Source: an uncultured archaeon (GTDB lineage: Archaea > Asgardarchaeota > Heimdallarchaeia > Heimdallarchaeales > Kariarchaeaceae). From it: a DNA stretch of 15,308 nucleotides. The stretch lies in contig CAZYCQ010000067.1 of assembly GCA_964645535.1 (NCBI GenBank), positions 1-15,308 on the forward strand, written 5' to 3'. This document shows positions 14,174 to 15,308 of the stretch, piece by piece; position 1 is the first letter of the stretch, and every line of letters starts with the position of its first letter. The notes under the pieces are model-generated. The model was not told the origin of the DNA and did not search any database. It was given only the letters and a program-made list of their open reading frames with translations. A program made the translations under genes and the position numbers.

Positions 14174-15308
14174 GTGGAAAATTCTGAGCTGATTGAAAAA
14201 GAGACGTCAGTAAGTGAACAAATTGAAAAAACTTCGATCAATATCTATACATTCTCCATGCTTGATGAAGAAAGTGGAATTCCAATGAATTTTCCTCTAA
14301 TATTGGGTGGAGAAAACATTATAACCGATGAAAATGCAAAACTCAAAGTAGAGGAAGCTTTTGGTCAATTGAATCTCCAAAGTTTATTTGGTTTCGAAAA
14401 ACATATCTTTCGATCTGTCGTTTATGATACCTTCCATTTAAGTGGAGACCCCGAAGCATTGACTCCAAATGTGTATATTCAAAAAGCTTTCACAAACAAT
14501 GTTTACCTCTTCAATTACCTATCAACTCCTTATTCTGACCTTAATATCGAATCAACCTTTGAAGAAATAGATTTCATGAGCAAGGCCCTTTCAGGTGTAT
14601 TCAGAAGAGCGTCATTTCAAGAAAGGAAAAATGAAATAACCTCGGATGATAAATTTGAAATCTGCAAGGAAAATGTTGATCATCTCGGCGGATTTATGCA
14701 TTACAAAATTTTTACGGAACGAGATTTTAGAGAACGGAAGACCTCCACCAAGAAACCAAGTCTGATGATATTGGGGATGTTTCTTGAACTTTCCCCCCAA
14801 GCATCTGAATATCAATGTCTTGGTAATTGTGGTTTGACATTTCCAATGGATGATCCATTATTCAAAGGGAAGGATCCGAAGGAAGTGGGTTGTCCAAATG
14901 GCGATCCAGAAGGACTTGTTCAAGCCCCTCCTGCATTGAAACTTGAAAATATCCAATTTGTCCTTCCACCTAATGCTGAAAAAGTTTTGGGAGAATTTTC
15001 AGAAGAAGATTTGTCTCCCTCAACTTATTTAGGGTATTTCACAGGAGTCTTCATGCCGAGAAATATCGCTTTGACCGTAAACAAACTTGCACCGAAACAT
15101 TTTCAGGATCTCGTCTCCGTTCCAAGACAGGCTTTCTATTCAAACAAAATTAATTTTGAGGATTTTGTCAAGATAGAATGCAATTTCAGGATTGAAGATT
15201 CCAAAGTGTATGTATTTGCAAGTATTTCTGATTCACGTTTCTCACAAAGTAAATACAAAGATAATTTGATTTCTAGCCTTACTTCAGTAACTTTAAACAG
15301 AGATATTG
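14174..15308 (+). CDS. Hypothetical protein, 3'-truncated (>=378 aa), possible longin-like domains with an inserted zinc ribbon; not in the ORF track
   Basis: GTG 2 nt after the Rab stop; SD AGGAGG (14161-14166) inside the Rab 3' end. Frame is open to the window end: MENSELIEKETSVSEQIEKTSINIYTFSMLDEESGIPMNF...EYQCLGNCGLTF...GCPNGD...TLNRDI. Confidence 0.85.
   Translation, partial: MENSELIEKETSVSEQIEKTSINIYTFSMLDEESGIPMNFPLILGGENIITDENAKLKVEEAFGQLNLQSLFGFEKHIFRSVVYDTFHLSGDPEALTPNVYIQKAFTNNVYLFNYLSTPYSDLNIESTFEEIDFMSKALSGVFRRASFQERKNEITSDDKFEICKENVDHLGGFMHYKIFTERDFRERKTSTKKPSLMILGMFLELSPQASEYQCLGNCGLTFPMDDPLFKGKDPKEVGCPNGDPEGLVQAPPALKLENIQFVLPPNAEKVLGEFSEEDLSPSTYLGYFTGVFMPRNIALTVNKLAPKHFQDLVSVPRQAFYSNKINFEDFVKIECNFRIEDSKVYVFASISDSRFSQSKYKDNLISSLTSVTLNRDI

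Noticed and set aside
13858-14815. Minus-strand ORFs 13858..14106 and 14612..14815
   Set aside because: Antisense to the Rab gene and to the long plus-strand ORF starting at 14174.
1-15308. CRISPR arrays, tRNA/rRNA, transposases, integrases, defence genes
   Set aside because: No regularly spaced repeats, cloverleaf-compatible segments or relevant protein motifs were seen by eye.

Overview
Gene-dense, AT-rich archaeal chromosomal window. Archaeal BRE/TATA promoters, a roadblock protein, a Rab-like GTPase and longin-like domains point to an Asgard archaeon (inference; possibly Heimdallarchaeia). About 16 CDSs. Housekeeping and metabolic genes are purB, a MutT-like NUDIX hydrolase, an ALDH7/antiquitin-type aldehyde dehydrogenase, a CaCA Na+/Ca2+ exchanger and a PucC/BCD-family MFS transporter. 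Two genes are missing from the supplied ORF track: a stand-alone Lrp/AsnC domain gene that apparently starts at ATA (11442..11209, minus), and a >=378-aa ORF running off the right edge (14174..>15308). The best candidate for an undescribed system is the co-oriented cluster at 12627..15308. It encodes a G3-degenerate (pseudo)GTPase fused to a uDENN/longin-like domain, an unprenylated Rab-like GTPase, and a closely linked protein with possible tandem longin-like domains and an inserted zinc ribbon, i.e. a putative proto-Rab/GEF module. No rRNA, tRNA, CRISPR array or mobile element was seen. All domain calls are by-eye motif recognition, not database searches.
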